Of a DNA stretch of 64,000 nucleotides, positions 47,963 through 57,123 are shown one piece after another. The position numbers and the translations under genes are program-made. This DNA is from Promethearchaeota archaeon (GTDB lineage Archaea; Asgardarchaeota; Lokiarchaeia; Sigyniarchaeales; SOKP01): positions 64,001-128,000 of the forward strand of contig JBHLMQ010000001.1 of assembly GCA_048938005.1 (NCBI GenBank), written 5' to 3'. Position 1 is the stretch's first letter, and each line of letters starts with the position of its first letter. A model generated the notes under the pieces. It searched no databases and was not told where the DNA came from. It saw only the letters and a program-made list of their open reading frames with translations.

Positions 47963-48106
47963 TTAAAAAATAGCTAATAATGCTATCGCAGATGGCAACA
48001 TCAAAACTAATATTAATACTATACAAATTAACATACAGATATTTCTCTTTTTTCTCTCCTCATTACTATCATCAAAATCATTCTCATTGAAATTTTCTAC
48101 TTCCAT
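47963..48106 (-). CDS. Small tail-anchored membrane protein (47 aa; absent from the ORF track)
   Basis: MEVENFNENDFDDSNEERKKRNICMLICIVLILVLMLPSAIALLAIF: acidic head, basic patch, C-terminal TM. Confidence 0.55.
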   Translation of the reverse strand: MEVENFNENDFDDSNEERKKRNICMLICIVLILVLMLPSAIALLAIF

Positions 48107-48176
48107 CTTATTTTCTCTTGTATTAATTTCCTTTTAAAACAGATAATATAGAAGGAGTATTGATATTATGAGCAGC

Positions 48177-48659
48177 TTATTCTACCTGAGCCAATAAAGT
48201 AAGCTTACCACCGGCGGCTTCAATTTTTCCAATTGCTTTTTTTGAAGCATTGTTAACAGTTATGTTAATTTTTTTATTAATTTTACCACGCCCTAAAATC
48301 TTTTGTATATTAATTTTGTTTAAATCAATACTGTATGTATTTCCAGATTTAGTGGCTTTTTTATCAATAACCAAATTTTCAATATATTGATCTAAGTCTT
48401 TGACATTAATAGTATTAACTTGATAAATTCTAACAATGTCTTGAGGTCTTTTAAAACCTCTCTTTCCAATATCCCAATCTGGGTCTGGAAATCCGAGTTC
48501 TTTTTGTTTTAAATAGTAGCTTTTCTTACTTTTTTTCCATTGAGTAGTTTTCCCTCTTCCAGCGCGTTGTCCTGTTTTCCGATGTTGTCCCACTCTCCCA
48601 TGTCCATGTGTACGCCTACCTCTCATTGTGCGGACTTTTTTTGGAAATTTTCTTGTAAT
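48177..48659 (-). CDS. rpl15: 50S ribosomal protein uL15 (probable ATT start)
   Basis: (M)TRKFPKKVRTMRGRRTHGHG, KILGRG, KIEAAGG; SD AGGTGA 6 nt before ATT, and its TGA is an in-frame stop. Confidence 0.95.
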   Translation of the reverse strand: MTRKFPKKVRTMRGRRTHGHGRVGQHRKTGQRAGRGKTTQWKKSKKSYYLKQKELGFPDPDWDIGKRGFKRPQDIVRIYQVNTINVKDLDQYIENLVIDKKATKSGNTYSIDLNKINIQKILGRGKINKKINITVNNASKKAIGKIEAAGGKLTLLAQVE

Positions 48660-48676
48660 GATTGTTCACCTTTTTA

Positions 48677-49201
48677 TTATAGCATTTTGTGTATTAATTC
48701 ATTAATATATAAACCAACATTGCCAAGTGTTCCTCCTTCATTGAAATGTTTCTTAATAGTACCTCGATGTCCCTTTTTTGGCGGATGTAAGCGGAAAATT
48801 GGTTTAATTTTGTATATATATTTTTCTCGATATTGTATTTCTCCGTTCAGTAGCGCTTTAGCTAATTCTCTAAAATTTTTATAACTGGTTAAATTCTTGA
48901 TATGTTCTTCTGTTAGCGATTTATTACCTTCCACTTTTCCTCTTACTCTTAATAATCTAATCAATGTTTTTTCATCAATTTCTCCAAAAGCAATATAATC
49001 CTTACATTTTATAAGCATTCCTTTATACGAGGGAGTACCCCATATAAGAACCCCATGGTTTAATTTATACATTCTAAGCATCTTTAATGTATCTAATATT
49101 TTTCCTCTCATACCTGGAGCTCCTCTTATACGAATTGCAAAATATAGTTTTGGTGTTAATTCTCTTTCTTTTAATTTCGATTTCTTTTTTGCCATAGCCA
49201 T
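48677..49201 (-). CDS. rpl30: 50S ribosomal protein uL30
   Basis: AIRIRG, TLKMLR, FRLHPPKKG. Confidence 0.95.
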   Translation of the reverse strand: MAMAKKKSKLKERELTPKLYFAIRIRGAPGMRGKILDTLKMLRMYKLNHGVLIWGTPSYKGMLIKCKDYIAFGEIDEKTLIRLLRVRGKVEGNKSLTEEHIKNLTSYKNFRELAKALLNGEIQYREKYIYKIKPIFRLHPPKKGHRGTIKKHFNEGGTLGNVGLYINELIHKML

Positions 49202-49218
49202 TTAAGCACCACTCTTTT

Positions 49219-49833
49219 TTATAAATTAAAGTTGTATTTATGAGCATTTTTTAATGCATTAAATGTTGCTTTTACTAGATTTTCACTTGTTCTCGTGTCG
49301 CCGAAAGTCTTGCTCCACATATCTTCAATCCCACATAATCTTAAAACTGGCTTTACTTTGTCTGCACAAGCTAATCCTACGCCCACGGGCGCTGGAATGA
49401 GTTGAATTCTAATTGAGCCACATTTTCCTTTAATCTTAAAGGGAATACTATGAGTTCCTCCACATCCACATTCTTTACTTCCACAACCTCTTAAAACTGG
49501 AATCACTGAAAGTTTTGCTTTATCAATTGCTTTCCTAATAGCAGGTCCAACTTCTCGGCTTTTAGCTGATCCAACTCCAATAAATCCATCTGCCCCAACG
49601 AGTACAACTGCTTTGAACTTAGATCGCTGTCCACTCGCGGTCATCTGTTGGACCATCTTTATATCTGTTACATGTTCTGTTAATTGAGGTAAAAGTATAT
49701 TTATTATTTCTTTTTCTTTAACCACTATATTATTTTGAAATATTTTATCTAGAGTTATGAGCCCTTGTTGAACTAATTCTCCTAATTTGGTTTTTGGAAC
49801 CCATTCTTCATCCATATTTCTTAATCGACTCAT
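49219..49833 (-). CDS. rps5: 30S ribosomal protein uS5
   Basis: WVPKTKLGELV, RGCGS, GKCGS, PAPVGVGL. Confidence 0.96.
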   Translation of the reverse strand: MSRLRNMDEEWVPKTKLGELVQQGLITLDKIFQNNIVVKEKEIINILLPQLTEHVTDIKMVQQMTASGQRSKFKAVVLVGADGFIGVGSAKSREVGPAIRKAIDKAKLSVIPVLRGCGSKECGCGGTHSIPFKIKGKCGSIRIQLIPAPVGVGLACADKVKPVLRLCGIEDMWSKTFGDTRTSENLVKATFNALKNAHKYNFNL

Positions 49834-49846
49834 TTTTTTCACTTTT

Positions 49847-50440
49847 TTAGGTTTTATTTTCAATCATTTTCAAAGAATCTGAAAATATTTGACTAATTTT
49901 CAGTGGATTCAATTTTTTCTTGTTTAAATAACCGGAGAATATTTGTTCATATTTTTCCGGCTCATTTGATTTTAGGATTTTTGCGTAAGCTTCAATATGA
50001 ATACCCTTAATTCTTTCTTCTAAGCCTTCCGGAAAAAATTCATTGCGATAAGGAATATTTATTCCTGTATCTAATAATCCTTTGCAAGCAGCAAGTATTC
50101 GATTTCTATGGTAGAAGATACCTAAATCAAAAATAGCATCTTGAATATTTTTAGATTTTGCTTTTAATCCTGCTAAATAACCAGTTAAATACGCTGCTGG
50201 AATGTTTCCAGTATTAGCATTCCAGCCATATTTTGATGTTAATTCCTTAGAAAAAGCAGAGATTAGAACTTTATCCCCCCCTATTTTAGACTGAACAATT
50301 TGAACGCTTATATGATCATTTGAAGCTCGAATAACTACTCTTAATTTTTTTGATTTTAGTAATCTCAATCTTTTTTGATAATCTGTTTTGCCATCATAAC
50401 GTCGTCGAAATGATCTTCTATACCTTGGACCTGTTGCCAT
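49847..50440 (-). CDS. rpl18: 50S ribosomal protein uL18
   Basis: MATGPRY, GKTDY, NIPAAYLTG. Confidence 0.96.
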   Translation of the reverse strand: MATGPRYRRSFRRRYDGKTDYQKRLRLLKSKKLRVVIRASNDHISVQIVQSKIGGDKVLISAFSKELTSKYGWNANTGNIPAAYLTGYLAGLKAKSKNIQDAIFDLGIFYHRNRILAACKGLLDTGINIPYRNEFFPEGLEERIKGIHIEAYAKILKSNEPEKYEQIFSGYLNKKKLNPLKISQIFSDSLKMIENKT

Positions 50441-50442
50441 TT

Positions 50443-50898
50443 TTAGCGACCCCTTCTTATTAATTCTTTTTCTTTAATATATCTATTCAATTGAGCAACA
50501 CTAGTAAACATTCCACCTTTTGCATTCTTGTATAGTTTTCGATAATTAACGGCAGTAATTAATTTTCGATTTCTAAGTTTTTTTAGTTCTCGTCTAATTG
50601 GACGAATTCGTTGGATCCAAGCTCTTTTCCTTGGAGTTCTTGCATGCTTTTTACCCTTTCTTTTTCCTAATCCTCTCGCTTTTCCTTTTTTCTTCCGCTG
50701 ATGCCTAATGTTTTTTCTATAGTTTGAGATGCCTTCCTTATATTTTTTCTGTATTGCCCCTTGTTTTATTAAATTACGAATATCTTCACGCGTAATTGCG
50801 AGGGAAATATCTTCAATCAAATATGGATCAAAATAAACTCTGTTTTTTCCGCATTTGAGAATCTCAGCTGCCATCCTTTTTTGTGGATTTAAATTCAT
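50443..50898 (-). CDS. rpl19e: 50S ribosomal protein eL19
   Basis: QKRMAAEILKCG, AITREDIR, LYKNAKGG. Confidence 0.96.
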   Translation of the reverse strand: MNLNPQKRMAAEILKCGKNRVYFDPYLIEDISLAITREDIRNLIKQGAIQKKYKEGISNYRKNIRHQRKKKGKARGLGKRKGKKHARTPRKRAWIQRIRPIRRELKKLRNRKLITAVNYRKLYKNAKGGMFTSVAQLNRYIKEKELIRRGR

Positions 50899-50901
50899 TC
50901 C

Positions 50902-51420
50902 TTACCTCCTCTTTTTCTTTGTATTTTTATCCTTAATTTCAAAAGAATCTTCTAATTCATCTACATCGATAAATTCTTCGTCTTCAATATCAGATATTGG
51001 CGTTTCTACCATTGCTTCCAAGCTTTCAATTTCTTTTTGTGAAATTCCAAGATTTAATATTTTAAAACCTCTTTTTTGACAGTAATCGATAAGTGCAATG
51101 CGTTTTTTAGCCCCCAATTTTCCTGAAATTTTAATGCCATGCTTTTTTTTATTTAAAATAGATAAATCTTCTTTGGTAGTAATCCTCACTTCTTCATACC
51201 CTGATGGATGTAAACCTCTTACTTTTTTAGGGCCTCTATATCCAATTGTTGGAGATTTAACGCCTGATTTCTTTTTTTTTCGCGTTTTTGAATCGATACC
51301 TCTGGCTTTTCTCCAAGAATCTTTTACTCTTTTATATCTCCAAGATTCAACTCGCCTAAATAAGGGTCTTTTTTTATTTATCTTTTTGCGAAGTTCCATT
51401 AATCTTTTATCTTGTACCAT
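50902..51420 (-). CDS. rpl32e: 50S ribosomal protein eL32 with acidic C-terminal extension
   Basis: WRKARGIDSK, GYRGPKKVRGLHPSG. Confidence 0.96.
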   Translation of the reverse strand: MVQDKRLMELRKKINKKRPLFRRVESWRYKRVKDSWRKARGIDSKTRKKKKSGVKSPTIGYRGPKKVRGLHPSGYEEVRITTKEDLSILNKKKHGIKISGKLGAKKRIALIDYCQKRGFKILNLGISQKEIESLEAMVETPISDIEDEEFIDVDELEDSFEIKDKNTKKKRR

Positions 51421-51435
51421 GATAAATACCTCACT

Positions 51436-52014
51436 TTATTTTATTTCCCAGAGGATTTCTTCTCCAAGCATTTTTTTGTATAAATAAACACCATCTTGAA
51501 AAACTCGTGGATCTTTTTTACGAATACGACAAGCTCTTTTAACATTAGCCGCTGCTTGTCCTAATGATTCCTTATCAGGACCTATAAAATAGATATCATC
51601 TCCAATAACTTCTACATTTACATTTTCCGGGTATTCTGCAGTTCTTGGGGCCCTTTCTCCTAAGAAATTAACAATATGTATTTCTCTCTTATCTGATTTC
51701 ACTTCACAATTACAAGGAAAATGTGAGTAACATATTTTTGAGATATATTTATAATTTTTTTGAACACCCAGGATTAAATTATTAATAATACTAACGACTG
51801 TTTTAATTAAAGCTAATGTTCCACCTTTCGGAAAGTTTGTTGAAAAAATAATTTTTTTATCCTCAATTGAGACTTTTATACCTCTAACATGAGAGAAATC
51901 TTTTATAATATCTCCATTTGGTCCTTTTACCCTAATATGATGCCCACCTTCTAAAGTTACTTTAACTCCTTTAGGAATTTCCAATTCTTCCTTAAAGAAT
52001 GCAATTTTTACCAT
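51436..52014 (-). CDS. rpl6: 50S ribosomal protein uL6
   Basis: YSHFP, NFLGERAPR, KDPRVFQDGVY. Confidence 0.96.
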   Translation of the reverse strand: MVKIAFFKEELEIPKGVKVTLEGGHHIRVKGPNGDIIKDFSHVRGIKVSIEDKKIIFSTNFPKGGTLALIKTVVSIINNLILGVQKNYKYISKICYSHFPCNCEVKSDKREIHIVNFLGERAPRTAEYPENVNVEVIGDDIYFIGPDKESLGQAAANVKRACRIRKKDPRVFQDGVYLYKKMLGEEILWEIK

Positions 52015-52037
52015 ATCATCTATACCTCATGATTGAT

Positions 52038-52421
52038 TTAATAGACATAACATAAAGTATGCCCACTTATTTGTTTTTCTTCAGCCTCTTTCATTGTCAT
52101 AATTCCTTGGTTCGTTGTTAATATGATTATCCCTAAACCAGGAGCAGGTAATAGTTTTCTTTCTAACATTTCGAACTGAGAAATCTTATAATTCAACCTC
52201 ATTAAACCTGCACATTCATTTATTTTACCTAATAACGCAATTTTAAATTTTCCTTGACGTCCATCATCATATCGTTCGAATTCTCCAATATAGGCGTTTT
52301 TTTGAAATATGCGTAACACTTGTTGAAGAATTTTTGAAGCTGGACTAATTATCACTTCATTTTTGCGTGCTCTTTCAGCATTTTTAAGAGCGCAACATGC
52401 ATCTGCTAAGGTATTTGCCAT
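52038..52421 (-). CDS. rps8: 30S ribosomal protein uS8
   Basis: YIGEFE..DDGRQG, LLPA, TTNQGIM. Confidence 0.95.
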   Translation of the reverse strand: MANTLADACCALKNAERARKNEVIISPASKILQQVLRIFQKNAYIGEFERYDDGRQGKFKIALLGKINECAGLMRLNYKISQFEMLERKLLPAPGLGIIILTTNQGIMTMKEAEEKQISGHTLCYVY

Positions 52422-52458
52422 AAATTTTCACTCTATTCTAATTCTTTTCACATTATTT

Positions 52459-52608
52459 TTATTCAAATCTTTTAAATCCAATATCTTTACCTATTTCATA
52501 GAAACATCTTCTACATATATATAATCCATAACGACGTATCACTCCTCTGTGTGTGTGACATCTTCTACACTCTCTCTGGCCCTTACCGTAATGTTTGCCC
52601 TGTGGTAT
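52459..52608 (-). CDS. rps14: 30S ribosomal protein uS14 (ATA start; absent from the ORF track)
   Basis: (M)[48 protein letters not shown]; between L5 and S8; SD AGGTGA 6 nt upstream with in-frame TGA. Confidence 0.95.
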   Translation of the reverse strand: MPQGKHYGKGQRECRRCHTHRGVIRRYGLYICRRCFYEIGKDIGFKRFE

Positions 52609-52627
52609 CTTCTTTCACCTTAATTCA

Positions 52628-53221
52628 TTATATAAATTCTAAATCTAATTCTTTTACAATATCAACTCCAAATTTTTGCATTAAAAAATATTGAGTTTCT
52701 TCACGGGATACATAATGATGTTTTGGAACTTTTTTACGAGCTTTACGTCTAAATTTCACTCTCATCCCCGGGCGTATTACCCTTCCTACACAATCTAAAC
52801 CCCATATACCAATTGTATTATCATATTCAATACCCGGGATAGAAATATGTTCTGTTATTCCAAAACCAAAATTTCCATAATTATCAAAACTTTTTCTTAA
52901 GATTTTATTATTAGTTACAATTAATAATCTTTTAAGCAGCTTTTCTGCATTTTGACCCCTAATAGTTATTTTGGTGCCAATCGGACGCCCCTTTCTTAAA
53001 TTAAATTCTTTCACATTAGTTTTTGATAATGTCTTAATTGCCTTTTGACCTGTAATTGTTTCTAGCACGTTAACTGCTTTCTCCAATTCCTCTCCTCCAA
53101 CTCCAACACCAATATTTAGCACTAATTTTTCTAAATAGGGTCTTTTCATGGGATTTTTCCATTTTTCTTCAAACTTTTTTGACAGAGCTTCTGGAATTTT
53201 TCTTTTAGCTTTAACAGACAT
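52628..53221 (-). CDS. rpl5: 50S ribosomal protein uL5
   Basis: NPMK, LNIGVG, FDNYGNFGFGITEH. Confidence 0.96.
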   Translation of the reverse strand: MSVKAKRKIPEALSKKFEEKWKNPMKRPYLEKLVLNIGVGVGGEELEKAVNVLETITGQKAIKTLSKTNVKEFNLRKGRPIGTKITIRGQNAEKLLKRLLIVTNNKILRKSFDNYGNFGFGITEHISIPGIEYDNTIGIWGLDCVGRVIRPGMRVKFRRKARKKVPKHHYVSREETQYFLMQKFGVDIVKELDLEFI

Positions 53222-53252
53222 TTTATGTCACTTACTCTCTCTCTTTAAATTA

Positions 53253-54008
53253 TTAACTTCCTATTTTTGGTAAATCAATTTCAGAATTATCTTCCCCAAT
53301 AATAAATGTATAATCATATAGAGTTTCTGTATAATCCCCATTGTGTTGAATAGAGACTGTACTTGCTTTAGGGCCAAATTTTTTCAAAATATTATTGATT
53401 TTTCCAATTTGTCCGATGTTTTTACCAGATATAATGAGGGCTAAATTATTTTCTTTAAATTTCAAAATCTTGTTGATTTCTTGTTCAGGAATAGAAATTT
53501 TCAAAACATCCATTCGTTTATATATATCTTCTTTCGGATTCCTAGGATCTTGAACTTTAATTAAAATATTTCTTCCATCATGAAGATTTAATTGTATATG
53601 ACCACCCTTTATACTTGTTTTATTGTTTATTCTACATAATTTGAAAGCACTCTCTGCTTCAGAAATTTCATGCAAAATTAAGCCGTAATGAGAATCTGGA
53701 AGTATTCTATAGTGTTTATTCATTTTTTCAATAGATATAACATCCATTAAACCTAATGGAAATGATTTATTTCTAACGGTTTTTCCATCAACCTTAAAAT
53801 AACCCAAACCAATTAATTTTTTCGCTTCTCTATGACTATCAACAATATTGAGCAAATCTCTAACAACGTGAAGCAGTGGTAAACAAAATCTACTAGGATG
53901 AGCTCCTGGAGATGGACTTACAAAAAATTTACCATGTTTTCTTTTAATTTGTAAGTATGCGGGAGTATTGAGCCTTTTTAACACTTTTTGACCGCCATGT
54001 CGAGTCAT
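53253..54008 (-). CDS. rps4e: 30S ribosomal protein eS4
   Basis: PSPGAH, FPLGLMDVI, QLNLHDGRN. Confidence 0.96.
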   Translation of the reverse strand: MTRHGGQKVLKRLNTPAYLQIKRKHGKFFVSPSPGAHPSRFCLPLLHVVRDLLNIVDSHREAKKLIGLGYFKVDGKTVRNKSFPLGLMDVISIEKMNKHYRILPDSHYGLILHEISEAESAFKLCRINNKTSIKGGHIQLNLHDGRNILIKVQDPRNPKEDIYKRMDVLKISIPEQEINKILKFKENNLALIISGKNIGQIGKINNILKKFGPKASTVSIQHNGDYTETLYDYTFIIGEDNSEIDLPKIGS

Positions 54009-54011
54009 AAT

Positions 54012-54440
54012 TTACTTTTCCTCCTCTTTTTCTTTCTTTGGAGCTTTTATTTCTTCTTTATAAAACCCATACAGAGCTTTTCTTTCGATCATGTTCGCGC
54101 GCCATGGATCCATTTTCTTTTCTTTCGCAAACTTAGTAATAATTAAATTCGATATATGTATTGGAGGATGAAACTGGGTTCCGTCAGTCTTATCGAATTG
54201 GGCTTCTTTAATTTTTGCTCGCTGATTTTTCGTAATTTCAATAATTTCACCTTCAAAATCCTTAAATTCGCCCCTGCATACTCTTACTTGATCACCAACT
54301 CTAAGAGGGAGCCTTTTAATCCCATATTCATCACGAAGAAAATCAGCTACCCTAGTACTAAGCAATTTTGACCGTTGATGATTCTTGTAATTATAGAGAG
54401 CTTTTCTTTGCTTTCTTGGTTGTATTGTTTTAACTTTCAT
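54012..54440 (-). CDS. rpl24: 50S ribosomal protein uL24
   Basis: QPRKQRK, LRVGDQVRVCRGEFK, IHISNLII. Confidence 0.95.
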   Translation of the reverse strand: MKVKTIQPRKQRKALYNYKNHQRSKLLSTRVADFLRDEYGIKRLPLRVGDQVRVCRGEFKDFEGEIIEITKNQRAKIKEAQFDKTDGTQFHPPIHISNLIITKFAKEKKMDPWRANMIERKALYGFYKEEIKAPKKEKEEEK

Positions 54441-54458
54441 TTTTTATTTTATCTTTTT

Positions 54459-54884
54459 TTATATTATTAATGATGAAATTGATGCTAATCTTGGAAACAT
54501 TTCTGCTGCTTCTCGTGCGATTGGTCCTCTAATCTCTGTTGCCCTTGGATCACCTTCTTTTGTAACAAGGACACCAGCATTATCTTCAAAACAAAGTCTT
54601 GTTCCGTCTATTCGTCTATAAATCATTTTTTGTCTAACTATTACAGCTTTTACGATATTTCCTCTTAATTCTGGTTTACCCTTTTTAATTGTAACCGTAC
54701 ATACGCTTCCAACTGATGCCTTTGGTAATCTTCTTAATCGTGTCTTAAAACCATCTACATTAATTATTTGAGCTATTTTAGCCCCTGAATTATCTGTAAT
54801 GGTAATTCTTGATCCATTACATAAACCATAGCTTGTACGCGGTTTAGTATATGTCTTTCTTCCAAGTTTTCTTCTTGTTCCCAT
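54459..54884 (-). CDS. rpl14: 50S ribosomal protein uL14
   Basis: DNSGAK, KKGKPELR, FEDNAGV. Confidence 0.96.
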   Translation of the reverse strand: MGTRRKLGRKTYTKPRTSYGLCNGSRITITDNSGAKIAQIINVDGFKTRLRRLPKASVGSVCTVTIKKGKPELRGNIVKAVIVRQKMIYRRIDGTRLCFEDNAGVLVTKEGDPRATEIRGPIAREAAEMFPRLASISSLII

Positions 54885-55238
54885 TTACACAGCCCCACTT
54901 GAAATTTTATCTAATACTATAAATGCTTTTGTTTTAGAAATTTTTCGAGATTCTCCAACTCTTACTAAATCTCCTATCTCAACCTCATGGCTTAAACACT
55001 CTGGTAAATGACAGGCTAGACGCGTATTACGACGCTCATATCTTTGATACTTTTTAACAAATTGAACATAATCCCTTCTAATAATAATAGTTTTTTGTGA
55101 TTTTTTACTCACTACAATACCTTGCGTAATTTTCCCTCTAATTCTTGATTTTCCATGATATGGGCAGAATTGGTCATTACATTCTTCAGCTTTAACCTTA
55201 GGAGGAACTACACCAGGGATACCAATATTTCTACTCAT
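54885..55238 (-). CDS. rps17: 30S ribosomal protein uS17
   Basis: CNDQFCPYHG, KYQRYERR, GESRKISKTK. Confidence 0.96.
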   Translation of the reverse strand: MSRNIGIPGVVPPKVKAEECNDQFCPYHGKSRIRGKITQGIVVSKKSQKTIIIRRDYVQFVKKYQRYERRNTRLACHLPECLSHEVEIGDLVRVGESRKISKTKAFIVLDKISSGAV

Positions 55239-55549
55239 TTTTTTAACCATCTCTTCTTCTTTAAACTTCTTAATCTATTCACGGGAAATCCAACAATCTT
55301 TTCTCCTTGAACTTCTAGATAATAATCCTCTCCATCATTCATATATTCTGATATTTTAAACCGAAATATATAATCTTTTTTAATATATTTCTTGATATTA
55401 TTATCCTTTTCAATTATTATCATATTTCTTGTTTCATCAATAACAACGCCTAAATTCAAGAATTTCTTATCTTTAGACATCGATTTGGGTTTAGCAAAGG
55501 TTTTAAAACCAATCAGGTCATGATATATAAAATATTTTGGATTTATCAT
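55235..55549 (-). CDS. rnp1: RNase P protein subunit p29 (Rpp29/POP4)
   Basis: HDLIG, GVVIDETRNM, GEKIVGFPVNR; usual position between L29 and S17. Confidence 0.88.
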   Translation of the reverse strand: MINPKYFIYHDLIGFKTFAKPKSMSKDKKFLNLGVVIDETRNMIIIEKDNNIKKYIKKDYIFRFKISEYMNDGEDYYLEVQGEKIVGFPVNRLRSLKKKRWLKK

Positions 55550-55746
55550 CGTTTCTCTTCATTCATTACAGTTAATATTCTTGCTATTTGTTTTCTTAAT
55601 AATTTTGCTTTGGCGGGATTGTCAGAAAGCCCTCCACCAGTTTGCATTGAGTAAAGTATCATTAATTCCTCTCTTAAATTAATTAATGCTCTTTCCCTCT
55701 CTCTATCATCCATTTCTCGAATTTTTTTTGCTGTTAAAATGTCCAT
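55546..55746 (-). CDS. rpl29: 50S ribosomal protein uL29
   Basis: IREM, DNPAK, RKQIARILTV. Confidence 0.95.
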   Translation of the reverse strand: MDILTAKKIREMDDRERERALINLREELMILYSMQTGGGLSDNPAKAKLLRKQIARILTVMNEEKR

Positions 55747-55769
55747 ATTCCATCACAATTTTGTTCTTA

Positions 55770-56567
55770 TTACTTTTTTTCTTTGTTTGAACCCTCTTTT
55801 TCATCTTCTGTATCAGGAGTTAATGAAATCTCAGAAATTTTTTCCTCATCTACTTCATCAAGAATTTTCTTATCCTCCTCGCTTAAAACTCCTTCTACCT
55901 CCTCAATAACATAATCTGCTCGTGTTTTTGCTAGTTTTACCTGCTTTTCTGCCTGAGCTTTAACTAATAGATCATCCTTGATTTTAATGTCATCACCCAT
56001 TTTCGTATTAGCCTGCATTATTTTCACAATTACTCCTAGAACTCCTGATTTCTGTATACATTGAGCAACACCCTTATCTACACCTTCTTGCGCAGGTTGA
56101 CCACTCTTAGATATAGTACCTGCACGGAAGATTTGTGTTCTTGCTCTTTGAGAAGTAACTTTCCCTGAGATAATAATCTCTACACCTCGTGCACCAGCAT
56201 CCATTACTTTTCTCAGAATATAATAACCCGCTCTTCTATAATGTCTTCCTCTATCAAGACTATATGCTAATCTTTCAGCCATTATTTGAGCATCTAAGTC
56301 TGGCTGATCAACTTCTTCTACTTCAATCTGAGGCATTTCAAGTCCAAAACGATCTTGAAGGACTTCTGTAATTTCTTGAATTCTCTTTCCACCTTTGCCA
56401 ATTACTAAACCTGGGCGAGAGGTTTTTAAGGTAATCCTTACCCCTAGTGGTGTACGTTGTAGCTCAACACCTGCAAATCCAGCACGAACTAACTCTGAAC
56501 GTAAATATTCATTTATTTGCATTAGCTTAATCCCTTGTTCAATAAAATTTTTCACTAGAGGACTCAT
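55770..56567 (-). CDS. rps3: 30S ribosomal protein uS3 with acidic C-terminal tail
   Basis: RPGLVIGKGG, GARGVEIIISGK, GVLGVIVKIM. Confidence 0.96.
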   Translation of the reverse strand: MSPLVKNFIEQGIKLMQINEYLRSELVRAGFAGVELQRTPLGVRITLKTSRPGLVIGKGGKRIQEITEVLQDRFGLEMPQIEVEEVDQPDLDAQIMAERLAYSLDRGRHYRRAGYYILRKVMDAGARGVEIIISGKVTSQRARTQIFRAGTISKSGQPAQEGVDKGVAQCIQKSGVLGVIVKIMQANTKMGDDIKIKDDLLVKAQAEKQVKLAKTRADYVIEEVEGVLSEEDKKILDEVDEEKISEISLTPDTEDEKEGSNKEKK

Positions 56568-56617
56568 TTTATCTCAACTTTTTTTGATTAACTATCTTAA
56601 TTTTATCATTAATTTAC

Positions 56618-57097
56618 CTAACTTGGGAACTCGTAAATAACAATTTCTACATGTGAAAGGTGTTTATTTTTTGCCGTACTACGCCCACGAGCACGTGGGA
56701 TATATCTCTTTATTATTCTTCCCCTATGCGTTGCTGCATGAATAATCCTGCATAGATCAATATCTAAACCCTTATATTCTGCGTTTGATTCTACAGACGT
56801 AAGAATTTCATATATTCTAGCTGCTGCTTTTTGAGGATACCTTCCAGCATACCATTTAAATTGTTTTAAATCATTTCTATGGGCGACTTTTTTCTTATGT
56901 CTTCTGAATGGTACTGATTGCTCTAATCGGATTACTTTTTCCAAAAATGTTTTTGCTTGATCTATTTTCATTCCTTTAATTACCGCACAAATCTCTCTCC
57001 CATGCTTTGGTTTAATTCTGACATCACGACCCGATGCTTTTGCTAATCTATCGGCATCATATTTCTGTTCTACAAATGAATAATCCCAGGTAGGCAT
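56618..57097 (-). CDS. rpl22: 50S ribosomal protein uL22
   Basis: GRYPQKAA, NAEYKGLD, PRARGR. Confidence 0.96.
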   Translation of the reverse strand: MPTWDYSFVEQKYDADRLAKASGRDVRIKPKHGREICAVIKGMKIDQAKTFLEKVIRLEQSVPFRRHKKKVAHRNDLKQFKWYAGRYPQKAAARIYEILTSVESNAEYKGLDIDLCRIIHAATHRGRIIKRYIPRARGRSTAKNKHLSHVEIVIYEFPS

Positions 57098-57123
57098 CTA
57101 TTATCAACTCGTTTTATAAATAT

